Below, in pieces: positions 52,905 through 63,089 of a stretch of 64,000 nt of DNA. Where the stretch lies: positions 62,001 through 126,000 of IMG/VR virus record IMGVR_UViG_3300050014_000823. The stretch is one strand, 5' to 3'. The notes under the pieces are model-generated. The model ran no database searches and was not told where the DNA came from. It worked only from the letters and a program-made list of their open reading frames with translations. Each line of letters opens with the position of its first letter. The stretch's first letter is position 1. A program made the translations under genes and the position numbers.

Positions 52905-53487
52905 GTTATTATCCATACAACAAGTATCTATGACTCTTGGTGTCACCAAGAAAACATTACGGATATGGGATAACGAAGGTAAACTCATATCAGTTAAAAC
53001 CGTTGGTGGACACCGTAAATACCGTGAAGAAGACATTAATAACTACATGGGTGAACATAGTGTTGAACCAGTGATAACAGGTGTTGCCACATATAGTCGT
53101 GTCAGTTCACATGAACAGAAAACTAAAGGAGATTTGGACAGACAGTCTCAGAGGATTTCTGAGTACTGTGCAAAGAAGAAATACAGCGTGGAACACATTA
53201 TTAAGGATGTTGGGTCTGGACTTTCGGACACCCGTGTTGGTTTTGTTAAACTCGTGGATTTGGTTATTAAGAAAAAAATCAGTAAAATTGTAATCGAAAA
53301 CAAAGACAGGTTAACCAGATTCCAATTCAATCTGATAAAGACATTCTTTAACAGTTATGATGTTGAACTGGAATGTGTGGATAACAACAATATATCCAAT
53401 GAGGAAGAGTTTGTGAACGACATAATGATGCTCATGGCTTCCTTCTCAGGAAAACTCTACGGGAAAATAATAGTAACTAAAATATAG
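52897..53487 (+). CDS. tnpA: IS607 transposase (MerR-HTH serine recombinase), C-terminus truncated
   Basis: TLRIWD..GGHRKY, YSRVSS, DVGSG, KDRLTRF, SGKLYG then abrupt end. Confidence 0.9.
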   Translation: MNKLLSIQQVSMTLGVTKKTLRIWDNEGKLISVKTVGGHRKYREEDINNYMGEHSVEPVITGVATYSRVSSHEQKTKGDLDRQSQRISEYCAKKKYSVEHIIKDVGSGLSDTRVGFVKLVDLVIKKKISKIVIENKDRLTRFQFNLIKTFFNSYDVELECVDNNNISNEEEFVNDIMMLMASFSGKLYGKIIVTKI

Positions 53488-53533
53488 AACAATATTATAC
53501 AAATATAAACTTTGGTATAGTTTTTGTAGTGTT

Positions 53534-54139
53534 ATGTATATGATTGGAATAAAAGAAGCAGCAGAATTACTTGGAATTACTCCCAAAACATTAAGATTAT
53601 GGGAGAAAAACGGTAAAATAACGAGTCATAGGACTGAAGGTCAACATAGAAGATATGTAGTTTCAGAACTTATCGGTAGTCGTGGAGACAAACTATTAAC
53701 AATTGCTTATGCCAGAGTATCAAGTTATGACCAGAAAGATGATTTAAAACGACAAGAATTGGTATTGGAAAGTTATTGTGCGAGTAAAGGATTTGAATTT
53801 GAATTAATTTCTGATTTAGGTTCTGGAATGAACTACAAGAAAAAAGGACTTATCAGATTAATAAAACTGATTTGCAGTAATCAAATTGATAGATTGGTAA
53901 TCACACATAAAGACAGATTATTGAGATTTGGAAGTGAGTTAATTTTTATGCTTTGCGAAATCTTTGCTGTTGAAGTTTGTATAATTAATAGGAGTGAAGA
54001 TAGCACCTTTGAAGAAGATTTAGCCAACGATGTTTTGGAAATTATAACTGTCTTCAGTGCAAGATTATATGGAAGTCGAAGCCATAAAAATAAACAGATA
54101 ATACAACAATTAAAACAGGTAGCCAAAGATTTGAAATGA
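53534..54139 (+). CDS. tnpA: IS607 transposase
   Basis: YARVSS, DLGSG, HKDRLLRFG, FSARLYGSRS. Confidence 0.95.
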   Translation: MYMIGIKEAAELLGITPKTLRLWEKNGKITSHRTEGQHRRYVVSELIGSRGDKLLTIAYARVSSYDQKDDLKRQELVLESYCASKGFEFELISDLGSGMNYKKKGLIRLIKLICSNQIDRLVITHKDRLLRFGSELIFMLCEIFAVEVCIINRSEDSTFEEDLANDVLEIITVFSARLYGSRSHKNKQIIQQLKQVAKDLK

Positions 54140-55311
54140 AGTCAATTAAGGTAAGATTAGAACTAAACAATAAGCAGACTACACTTGCCAATAAACACGC
54201 AGGAGTGGCAAGATATGCTTATAATTGGGGAAAATCTGTCTGTGATTTGGCAATACAAAATAAGGAGCACAGACCAACAGCAATTGATTTACATAAGAAA
54301 TTTGTTAAAGAAGAAAAAACTATTAAGTCTTGGTTGTATGAAGTATCCAAGTGCAGCCCACAACAAGGTTTAAGAAATTTGGATGAAGCATACAAAAGAA
54401 CATTCAAAGTTAAAAGTAGTCATTTTCCTAAGTTCAAAAAGAAAGGACAACACGATAGTTTTTATCTGGAAGGTGCTATCAAAACTAATAGTAATAAAAT
54501 TAAAGTACCTAAGTTTGGTTGGTTAAGATGTTCAGAAACATTACCAGAATGTGAAGTCAAAAATGTTGTTATAAGTAAAACTGCTAATCAATGGTTTATT
54601 GCTTTTAAAATACCATTTGAACCACAGATTACTAATAAGGTGAATGGTGTTGTCGGTGTTGATTTAGGTATTAAAACACTTGCAGTATTGTCAGATGGTA
54701 AAGTATTTGAAGCAGTTAAACCATATAAACGAAACAAACGGAAATTAAAAATACTACAAAGAAGATTAAGTAAGAAACAGAAAGGTAGCCAAAATAGAAA
54801 AAAAGCCTGTGTGAAGATAGCAAAACTACATTACAGGATAGCAAACATTAGAAAAGATACCACACATAAATTAACAACATATTTAAGTAAAAACCACACT
54901 GAATGTGTTATTGAAGACCTTTGTGTTCGTGGAATGAGTAAAAATCACAAATTAGCATCAGCCATATTGGATGGTGGATTTTCAGAGTTCAGAAGACAAT
55001 TAGAATATAAGTGTCAATGGTATGGTTCAACACTAACAATAGTTGATAGATTTTATCCAAGTTCAAAGACTTGTAGTGGATGTGGTAATGTTAAAAAAGA
55101 ACTAAAATTATCTGAAAGAGAATATGTTTGTGAGAATTGCGGATTGGTGATAGATAGAGACCTAAATGCTGCAATTAATTTAAGAAATAAGTCGGTGAGT
55201 TACACCGAATCAGCCTGTGGAGTGCCTAAACAACTTGATACTTTTGTATCTGGTGGCGCAATGAATCAGGAAGTAAATTGCAATGTTCAACATTGTGTAA
55301 GTTTTACGTAA
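54136..55311 (+). CDS. tnpB: RNA-guided endonuclease TnpB
   Basis: RuvC GVDLG, IEDL, DRDLNAA; zinc finger CSGC..CENC. Confidence 0.95.
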   Translation: MKSIKVRLELNNKQTTLANKHAGVARYAYNWGKSVCDLAIQNKEHRPTAIDLHKKFVKEEKTIKSWLYEVSKCSPQQGLRNLDEAYKRTFKVKSSHFPKFKKKGQHDSFYLEGAIKTNSNKIKVPKFGWLRCSETLPECEVKNVVISKTANQWFIAFKIPFEPQITNKVNGVVGVDLGIKTLAVLSDGKVFEAVKPYKRNKRKLKILQRRLSKKQKGSQNRKKACVKIAKLHYRIANIRKDTTHKLTTYLSKNHTECVIEDLCVRGMSKNHKLASAILDGGFSEFRRQLEYKCQWYGSTLTIVDRFYPSSKTCSGCGNVKKELKLSEREYVCENCGLVIDRDLNAAINLRNKSVSYTESACGVPKQLDTFVSGGAMNQEVNCNVQHCVSFT

Positions 55312-55387
55312 CGGTTAAAGGAGTTGATTTAACCGAACCTCAAATTTTTGAATTATTCGAAAAAGAATTATTATAAATTAGTTAATT

Positions 55388-55750
55388 ATGGAAAGACAAA
55401 TTAAATTTAGAGCATGGGACGAAGGTAATAAAATCATGCACAACAACTTTCAATTCATTCGTTCAGGAGAAGAAGGTAATGATTGGATAGTATTCACATC
55501 CGATAAACAAACTCTTAAAGATAAACAGCATCCATTAGAAAATCCTTATTTTCAACAACAATTGAAAATAATGGAATGGTCTGGAATCGAAAACATCTTC
55601 GAAGGAGATATTGTCACATTAGGCGAAATTGATGGAGAGGGTGTAGTTAAATACAATGAAGACAGATTTTATGTTGATTATGGAACTACGCATACAAGAG
55701 TGAGTAAAAATCATAAAGTATTAGGAAATATTTACGAAAAAACTGAATAA
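55388..55750 (+). CDS. YopX-family protein
   Basis: IKFRAWD..IFEGDIV..VLGNIYE. Confidence 0.85.
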   Translation: MERQIKFRAWDEGNKIMHNNFQFIRSGEEGNDWIVFTSDKQTLKDKQHPLENPYFQQQLKIMEWSGIENIFEGDIVTLGEIDGEGVVKYNEDRFYVDYGTTHTRVSKNHKVLGNIYEKTE

Positions 55751-56193
55751 AATGAGTGGAGAAGTAGAATTCGGAAGATGTGATATTTGTAAAGAGGATA
55801 AACCTCTTGAAAGGACATACTATCATTATGACATTAAATGTGAATGTCATTCACCCCGTCATTTTGAATTGGTCAGGCATTGTAAAGATTGTGTTCCAGT
55901 AGAACCTCTTGAAACAACCTTAACTATTAAAATAGAGACATTAAGAATATTATTACACTTGCCGAAACATTAATAATATGAAATCACAATATAAAATAAT
56001 TAAAAAATTTAAACCCACAAAAATAAACGGGATTGATTTTTATTCTGATGTACAGGTGTGGAAAATGATTGATATGGCATACGAACAAATTCGAAACAAA
56101 GAAGAAATATCAGAACCAATGGAATCAGGCGCAGAGTTTTATTGCCCTGATTGTGGTAAAAGTGTTTACAGTTGTGGATGTTAATTTATAAAT

Positions 56194-57327
56194 ATGAAAC
56201 TAATCCGTTCAACCAAATGTAGTCTGAAATTCGCAACAGCGAAGAAGCAGAATGAACTATCGGTCATCTTGAGTGAATACTCGAAGGTTGTTAATATCTT
56301 CATTGACTATTTCTGGTTGAATGCTGATAAAGCAACTAAAGGTGAACTTCTTAAACCAGTTGTTGATATTCCCGAAACATGGTTATCAGCACGACTGAGA
56401 AAAGTAGCAGCCAGAGAAGCAATCGACATGATTAATGCCAGTAAGCAAAGGTGGAAAGAAAAAGCAGTGAAGCCAGTTCATAAAGGTAACAGAATGTATG
56501 TTAGTTGCACCATTGCTGATTTGGTATCCACAAAGAACAACGGATATAAAACCGAAGACAGTTTGAGGTTTGATGCTTGGTTACACATAGCAAGTGTTGG
56601 TAACAAAATGATAATGGACTTACCGATTAAATATCACAAACATTTCAACAAATATAATAACATCGGTAAGAGATTGAATTCATATATCATCACCAAGAAT
56701 TATGTCCAGTTCAGTTTTGAGATAATCACCGAGACAAAAAAGGAAGGTAAACATTGCATCGGTATCGACACTGGAATAAACGCACTGGCAAGTCTTAACA
56801 ACGGCAATCAGTATGGTCTGGACATCAAAGGTTGTATCGAGAGAGTTAAAAGATGTAAGCAGAAGTCCAAAGGTTATTATGTTGCTAAAAGAGCGTTGAA
56901 ACAAAGAATTGATGAAACAGCGAAAGAGATATTAGTAAAAGAAAATCCAGATTTAATTGTTGTTGAACAACTAAAAAAGATGGGATATAAAAGTAAAGCC
57001 AAACGCTTGTTGGCTAAAAATATCAGGCGTTCTATCGGAACTTGGAATTGGAAGTATTGGCTCAAAAGGTTAGAAGCACAATGCGAGATTAACCGTGTTA
57101 GTTTTCGCAGTGTAGCACCTTATTACACCAGTACAACCTGTCCAGTATGTGGTCATTCTGATAGGGGAAATCGACTCGGTGAAGTGTTCTTGTGTCTATC
57201 ATGTGGTCACAAAGACAATGCAGATATAAATGCGGGTAAGAACATTTTGAATCGGTTTCTCACGGGACAATACGGTGCTCGTTACAAGGAAATAAAGGAT
57301 GTGCAAGTTTGTGCAGATTTATTTTAA
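56194..57327 (+). CDS. tnpB: Second, divergent TnpB
   Basis: GIDTG, VVEQL, TSTTCPVC..CLSC..NADINAG. Confidence 0.9.
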   Translation: MKLIRSTKCSLKFATAKKQNELSVILSEYSKVVNIFIDYFWLNADKATKGELLKPVVDIPETWLSARLRKVAAREAIDMINASKQRWKEKAVKPVHKGNRMYVSCTIADLVSTKNNGYKTEDSLRFDAWLHIASVGNKMIMDLPIKYHKHFNKYNNIGKRLNSYIITKNYVQFSFEIITETKKEGKHCIGIDTGINALASLNNGNQYGLDIKGCIERVKRCKQKSKGYYVAKRALKQRIDETAKEILVKENPDLIVVEQLKKMGYKSKAKRLLAKNIRRSIGTWNWKYWLKRLEAQCEINRVSFRSVAPYYTSTTCPVCGHSDRGNRLGEVFLCLSCGHKDNADINAGKNILNRFLTGQYGARYKEIKDVQVCADLF

Positions 57328-57716
57328 CGGTAATGCAGAAGCATTGCTACAAATGCAGAAAATGGGATTAAAAATCGATTTTAATTAAAAAATTATAAAA
57401 TTTTATAATTGTTTACAGTATTTATTGTAAACAATCGTAAAATGGCAAAATATATTAAAGAAACAGCAAGAATTGACGTTAAGTTCATTGACGCAGCGAC
57501 AGAAGAAACTATCCTTGAAGTACCAGACAGAAACTGGATGAATGTGGGTGAGATATTGAGTGCTCGTCACGGAGATATGATACTTCAAGCAAAACTTAAA
57601 GGTAAACGATTACCAAAAAAAGTATTGATTTTGGTACTATCTGAATTGGTTCTGGAAGAATAACGTGTTTTTTAAGTGTTTTAAATGCGCATAGAAGTGA
57701 TTTTATGCGCATTTTT

Positions 57717-57746
57717 TGTAACATTTTTCATCGGTTTACGTATAAT
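57717..57746 (+). promoter_or_regulatory. Phage promoter motif TGTAAC-N18-TATAAT
   Basis: tgtaacatttttcatcggtttacgtataat. Confidence 0.8.
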
Positions 57747-57771
57747 CAGTCATAACTTTAAAATTAATACG

Positions 57772-58755
57772 ATGAAAAAGATTTTAACAATTATGATTTT
57801 TTCGATGCTTTCAGTACTTGCATCAGCACAAATAAAATTGTGGTTCAATAAGATAAGCGAGACTGAAATCAATCCCGACTACAATGGTGGTATTAACACT
57901 ATGGAAGGTTATGTAAGACCATTCATTGATACTTGTGGTATTACCGAATACAATAAAGTTATCGGATTACTTGGTTCTGGCGAAATCGATAAATATATGC
58001 AATATCTTAATGATTTGGGTGAAAGACGATTTGTCAGAGAAGCCAATGAAATTAAAAGTATGTTATGGAACATAAATAAAAGCAAACTGTACTTTATCAG
58101 CAACGATAAACTGTATGTTGTTACATATGACGTTACCGACCACAAGAGTTTATACTTGTTTCGCAGGGATGACGATGGTTGGAAGCCAGCTTCGGATTTA
58201 ATCGCTGTAGATGATTATCAGTTTAAAGAATATATGAAAAGGTTCGAATCTCGTACAACTCGTTGGAATGCTACAGATACTCTATATACTCTTGAAAACC
58301 AATTCTATGGTGAAGTCCGTAAGATTTCCAATGGTTCGGTATTCGTTACGTTCAGTACTGAGATATGGTATCCGAAAGAAAGCAATACATATAACAGCAT
58401 CGCAATATTTGTTCCCGATACAATCACCAAGGAAACTTATCACGTGTCGTTATTTGAACCTGAAAATAAGGCAGGTAAGGCAGTGAAAAACGTTACTTCA
58501 TACTATTGTACTTGGTCGAAAGACTTCAAACCAATATGGCACAAAACAATTGGTACTGTTAAATATCCGATATTGTATGGAACACGTAATACTGATTATA
58601 TGGAGTTTACCGATGGTAATACATTTAAGATTACATATTGGGATGGTAGTAGGGAAAATCCACGTATGACAGGAACAATAAATTTCAAAATTGTGGATTA
58701 CAGTGCTTTTATTGATGCGGTAGGTACTACAATTGTTTTAAACAAACTGAAATGA
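57772..58755 (+). CDS. Secreted hypothetical protein
   Basis: Signal peptide MKKILTIMIFSMLSVLASAQ. Confidence 0.65.
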   Translation: MKKILTIMIFSMLSVLASAQIKLWFNKISETEINPDYNGGINTMEGYVRPFIDTCGITEYNKVIGLLGSGEIDKYMQYLNDLGERRFVREANEIKSMLWNINKSKLYFISNDKLYVVTYDVTDHKSLYLFRRDDDGWKPASDLIAVDDYQFKEYMKRFESRTTRWNATDTLYTLENQFYGEVRKISNGSVFVTFSTEIWYPKESNTYNSIAIFVPDTITKETYHVSLFEPENKAGKAVKNVTSYYCTWSKDFKPIWHKTIGTVKYPILYGTRNTDYMEFTDGNTFKITYWDGSRENPRMTGTINFKIVDYSAFIDAVGTTIVLNKLK

Positions 58756-59234
58756 TGAAAGCCGTACCGTTCATATACACTATGGGTACTGAGAAGTTTC
58801 ATCAGTTTCTCTCTGTAGAGTTTAAAGTAGATATGTTGTACCCTGTGTTTGGTGAGAAGTCTTGTGATAGACTCTTCGATGGTTGGCGTGGAAAGGATAT
58901 GGGTAGCTACTATAAATTCACAAACGAACAGGAGATTGTTCTGGAGTTTTACCCCAATCACTATGACATTTGTAAGAAAGACGGTAGAACTGTTATTAAA
59001 CATAAACTGACGTTTTTACCAAAAAACATCAACGATTTTATAAATGACATGCATCGATATGGGGTAGAACTTCAATGGAGCCAGTGGGTGGATGAACACT
59101 TTGAACCCAAGGATTTCCTGCATAAAGACGACATAAAACCGTACTATGTTGACCTCTTGCATAAACTTGATAAAGACTTTGAATTACAATAACACTTGAT
59201 TTTTAAATAAATTATACTTAGATTTGCATCTACT

Positions 59235-60008
59235 ATGGACAGAAAAAGTTGGGAAATATGGGATGTCTTGAATAACATTACATTTAAGACACAGGGATAC
59301 AGGAAGAACTTTGACCTCATTACTGAGAACGAAAACATCATCAGTGAATACGTTGGGAATATTCTCATGGCAAGATTAAGTGAAAATAAACCCGCATTGA
59401 TTATTGGCGAATACACATTTTCAGTTTGGGACATATCCATGTCGAAGATACTGAAAATTGACTTGAATAAGCTACTTGATGCACACCACATGGTCAATGC
59501 ATACGTAGAGTTGATTAAGATGATAAGAGCAAAGGAAATCAACATTAACGAGTATGATAAGATTGTTCTTATACACAGTTTAGTTGTTCATCCGGAGTTC
59601 AGGAAAATGGGAATAACCGAAGAGTTCATTGAAATGATTTACCGGGATTATCACTTCGATAAAACGGCAATCATCGCAATAGTTCAACCATTCCAAAACA
59701 ACGTTAACGATTTAGACTATTACATGATGCAGAAGACAGTATTGGTCCGCAACGATTATGGTGCACCAAATAGGTCTAACGTATTGCAAGCTGCAGAGTA
59801 TTATTCTCTACAGAAGTTCATCGACAAAACCGATACTGAAATGAACGAATACAAGCTATTTGCAGTGGCAAATAGATGTGGATTCAACAGGATTAATAGT
59901 TCACATTTGTTTTTACTCACCCCGGACACAATACTTGAGAGAATTAAGAAGAAAAAGGAAATAAATAAACATATAGACGAATCATGGGAAAAGGAAGAAA
60001 TAAAATAA
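59235..60008 (+). CDS. GNAT-like acetyltransferase
   Basis: IHSLVVHPEFRKMGI acetyl-CoA motif A. Confidence 0.55.
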   Translation: MDRKSWEIWDVLNNITFKTQGYRKNFDLITENENIISEYVGNILMARLSENKPALIIGEYTFSVWDISMSKILKIDLNKLLDAHHMVNAYVELIKMIRAKEININEYDKIVLIHSLVVHPEFRKMGITEEFIEMIYRDYHFDKTAIIAIVQPFQNNVNDLDYYMMQKTVLVRNDYGAPNRSNVLQAAEYYSLQKFIDKTDTEMNEYKLFAVANRCGFNRINSSHLFLLTPDTILERIKKKKEINKHIDESWEKEEIK

Positions 60009-60488
60009 AAGATTTGGATAGATTTCACTATCACGAAGCACTCGATAGAGCATATATCATTGGTAATATGATAAATGAGCATCTAACAGAGCATCCTGTC
60101 ATCATGAAACACAAGAAATTACGAAAATTAATTAAGGTGGCTGAACAAAATGTAATGGATGTTTATCAGATGATTGGTGGTTTGGATATGAAATTATTTC
60201 CAAACGACTCGGAACAACGTGGTAAGCAATAAGTTGTAGTTTACTTGGTGGCGAAGTATTTATATGAGATAAATAATGGACAGTAATTTAAAAATATCAA
60301 CGGTTTCTCGACAAAAAATCCCTTCAAGAAAGGTAGATATTGTTCAAAATTTGGCTTTGCAAGACTTCGCAACACCCAGGAAAACTCACATTTCTGGGCA
60401 TTTTCATTTAATAACCCCAATAAATATTGAAAATCAGGCTCCTAAGTCACTGATTTTCTGATTAATAACTTTACTAAATTTTACGACT

Positions 60489-61169
60489 ATGAAGAAATTA
60501 TTGTTATTTTTGTTTTTAATGTTTTCGTCCTTTGGATTTACAAGTCTTCCTGTTACCAATGCAGAAAATGGCGACAAGGACGAAATGAGCGAATATTTAA
60601 CGAAACAAATTGAGGATTTAAAAACTCAAATGTATTTACAAAGTTTAATACAATACATTGAACTTGAATCAGAGGTAATAATTCCAAAATATCTTGACAC
60701 TAAGTATGTGGAATTTATTTATAACACTGCAAATCAGAATGGTGTGCCAGTTAGGACTGCATTCAGATTAGTTTTTAAGGAATCGTCTTTTAGAGATACC
60801 GTTACTTCACCAATGGGTGCAGGTGGTCTTATGCAACTAATGCCGGACACTCGCAAATTATATAGAGAGATTCTTCGTACAGATACTCTTAAATTTGATA
60901 AAAATCAAGAGGATATTTATATAGGTATATATATGGTAAAAGACTTATATAATTATTGGGTTGGCAGAGGTAATTCTGTTGGCTATTCTTGGAAGTTGTC
61001 ATTAGCTTCATATAATGCAGGTAAGGGCACTGTAATCTACTATAAAGGAATTCCACCAATAGGTGAGACCACTGATTTCATTGCATTTATACTCAAGGCA
61101 CATTCGAATCCAAGTTTCTATGCAAGCTATTTGAAAAAATACGGTAACGACATAAAAAATCACGCATGA
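60489..61169 (+). CDS. Lytic transglycosylase (SLT domain)
   Basis: Signal peptide; KESSF, SPMGAGGLMQLMP, ASYNAG. Confidence 0.92.
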   Translation: MKKLLLFLFLMFSSFGFTSLPVTNAENGDKDEMSEYLTKQIEDLKTQMYLQSLIQYIELESEVIIPKYLDTKYVEFIYNTANQNGVPVRTAFRLVFKESSFRDTVTSPMGAGGLMQLMPDTRKLYREILRTDTLKFDKNQEDIYIGIYMVKDLYNYWVGRGNSVGYSWKLSLASYNAGKGTVIYYKGIPPIGETTDFIAFILKAHSNPSFYASYLKKYGNDIKNHA

Positions 61170-61484
61170 TAACACACATTAAAGAAGTTCACACAGAGCA
61201 GTACTCTAATGGCAGTAGAACATTGGGAGTACTACTCAATTACGAAGTCACTAATAGTAATGAACATAATGACTTTAAAGAAAGTTTTGTATATATGTTC
61301 AGAGAAACAGAAGACGGTGGTATGTATGTCTTTTTTAACACAATGTTCGATATGTGGAGTTTTATGCTTTACAGTGAAGACAAGATGAAAAGAGCATACA
61401 TGTCAGAAGCCGACTATGATAAACTTTTCGATGCTCCGCACATAGACGGTAAGTTTACGAATAAATTAGTTTGGGTTTAACATA

Positions 61485-61520
61485 AAAACCCCGTCAAATT
61501 AGTGTTTTGACGGGGTTTTT
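61485..61520. terminator. Bidirectional terminator at convergence point
   Basis: AAAAACCCCGTCAAA..TTTGACGGGGTTTTT. Confidence 0.9.
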
Positions 61521-61556
61521 AGCTTATATCTGTGCAATTGCATATGTGTAGACCTT

Positions 61557-62492
61557 TTACCAATTGGTTGGCTCAAAAACTATCCTACGGTCTTCATCAA
61601 AAGCGGTTTCATATCCTTCGGTCCACCAAGCAGTCATTTCTTCCTTATTAAACACCATACAATTTGCACTTAGTTTTCTTGGTAGCCAATAAACAGTTAC
61701 TTTAGTGCCTTCGTCATTTAGTCTTTGTATCTTCTGTAGAAAGTATTCAAATTCAATGTCATATCGCATTGCATTAACGCTTGTAGTAAAATTTTCCAAT
61801 ATGTTGCGTATTTCATAACCCTCATATTTTTCTACAGTATTTGTACGGTGTAATATAACATCAATTTCCTTGTATCCTTTACCCATAATTTGGTCCAAAC
61901 CAACTAAGTCGGTTAAACCACCATCAGACCATAAACCAACATGAAATTTCCCCGAACAGTCTTTCCAAGATTTTTGTACAAGTGTTGTGAAGAATGGAAA
62001 GTTAGCTGAACACCACATCCAGTCTTTAAAATCCTCATAATTTTCTGTTTGTGAACTGAAGTAATGAATCTTCGATGGTTGTTGTGCGTAGTTCTGTGTT
62101 CCTACAAGAATTTCTTTGTTTTGTTGTTTTAGTAAATCAAAAAATTCCTGGGGAAAAAATTTGTCTATTGTTTTTCTCATGGAATTAGATGTACATATGG
62201 TTTTCTCACCCATTATGAACGAAATTAGTATTGGTAACTTCCTTAATTTACCCTCTCGTGATAATGGCGCAGGCTTATACCAATAATTATCAAACACACT
62301 GTTATTAGTCACTGTTGTATAACCTTCTTTGAGTAAATCCCATTCTTTTAAAATTGTCAATGGTGCTAAGAGACTGCCAGTTGAGACACCCACAATAGTA
62401 TCGTAATCGCCATTAATTCTTGCAAGCGTACCACCACCGTAAGCACCCCATGAACCGCCACCCGAAATAACTGCAGCTTTTTTGTTATTCAT
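61557..62492 (-). CDS. Patatin-like phospholipase
   Basis: SGGGSWG, GVSTG, DGG. Confidence 0.9.
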   Translation of the reverse strand: MNNKKAAVISGGGSWGAYGGGTLARINGDYDTIVGVSTGSLLAPLTILKEWDLLKEGYTTVTNNSVFDNYWYKPAPLSREGKLRKLPILISFIMGEKTICTSNSMRKTIDKFFPQEFFDLLKQQNKEILVGTQNYAQQPSKIHYFSSQTENYEDFKDWMWCSANFPFFTTLVQKSWKDCSGKFHVGLWSDGGLTDLVGLDQIMGKGYKEIDVILHRTNTVEKYEGYEIRNILENFTTSVNAMRYDIEFEYFLQKIQRLNDEGTKVTVYWLPRKLSANCMVFNKEEMTAWWTEGYETAFDEDRRIVFEPTNW

Positions 62493-62517
62493 GAGTTTAG
62501 TTTTTTATAAATACAAA

Positions 62518-63078
62518 TTATTGTTTGATTTTTTGCCAGATGCGCAAATGTCTTGTTTCATCCGCAAATATCTTTAAAAATCTATCATCCTTTTCACTTT
62601 CAAATTTCCAACCACATACAATTACATATGCATCAAGTTTCATATTGTCTTCAACTTTTGTTTTTAACACTTTCTGAAGTTCTTCCCGGCAAAATGGCGC
62701 ATAATAATAAATTATGTCATAATCATAGTAATTATTAAAATCCCGAATATCTACATTATAAAAATTAAGTGTTGAATATATTTGTTTTGCAATACCGTAC
62801 AGGACTGGATTTAATTCAATACCTTCTGCAACAAGTCCCATTTGTTCTGCAACACCACACACATTACCAACACCACAACCAATATCTAAGAATTTTTTAC
62901 CAATAAAATTTTCTTTTTTTATACGTTCACAAATTATACCAAGTGTATGAGTAATATACTCAATTGGTGTGGGACAATAATCACAACCAACGTCTTTAAG
63001 GCATGCATCAAAAGCATCAGACGAAATTCTTGTAAAATATTCGTTTATTTTATTCAATATGTAATCGTTCATATCCAT
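62518..63078 (-). CDS. Class I SAM-dependent methyltransferase
   Basis: FLDIGCGVG, GIELN, YDIIYYYAPF. Confidence 0.85.
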   Translation of the reverse strand: MDMNDYILNKINEYFTRISSDAFDACLKDVGCDYCPTPIEYITHTLGIICERIKKENFIGKKFLDIGCGVGNVCGVAEQMGLVAEGIELNPVLYGIAKQIYSTLNFYNVDIRDFNNYYDYDIIYYYAPFCREELQKVLKTKVEDNMKLDAYVIVCGWKFESEKDDRFLKIFADETRHLRIWQKIKQ

Positions 63079-63089
63079 TTTATTATATT

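Larger units (their letters stand above)
53461..55314 (+). mobile_element. Inner complete IS607-family element
   Basis: GGG left junction inside tnpA#1, tnpA/tnpB overlap (ATGA), right end GTTTTACGTAACGG. Confidence 0.85.
52591..57330 (+). mobile_element. Outer IS607-family element or composite (orf-tnpA ... tnpB)
   Basis: Starts at GG with AT-rich ACAAA repeats; ends ..TTTTAACGG after the second tnpB. Confidence 0.5.

Noticed and set aside
52591-55314. IStron (group I intron-IS607 hybrid)
   Set aside because: Left ends are under 100 bp and AT-rich, with no group I core elements visible.
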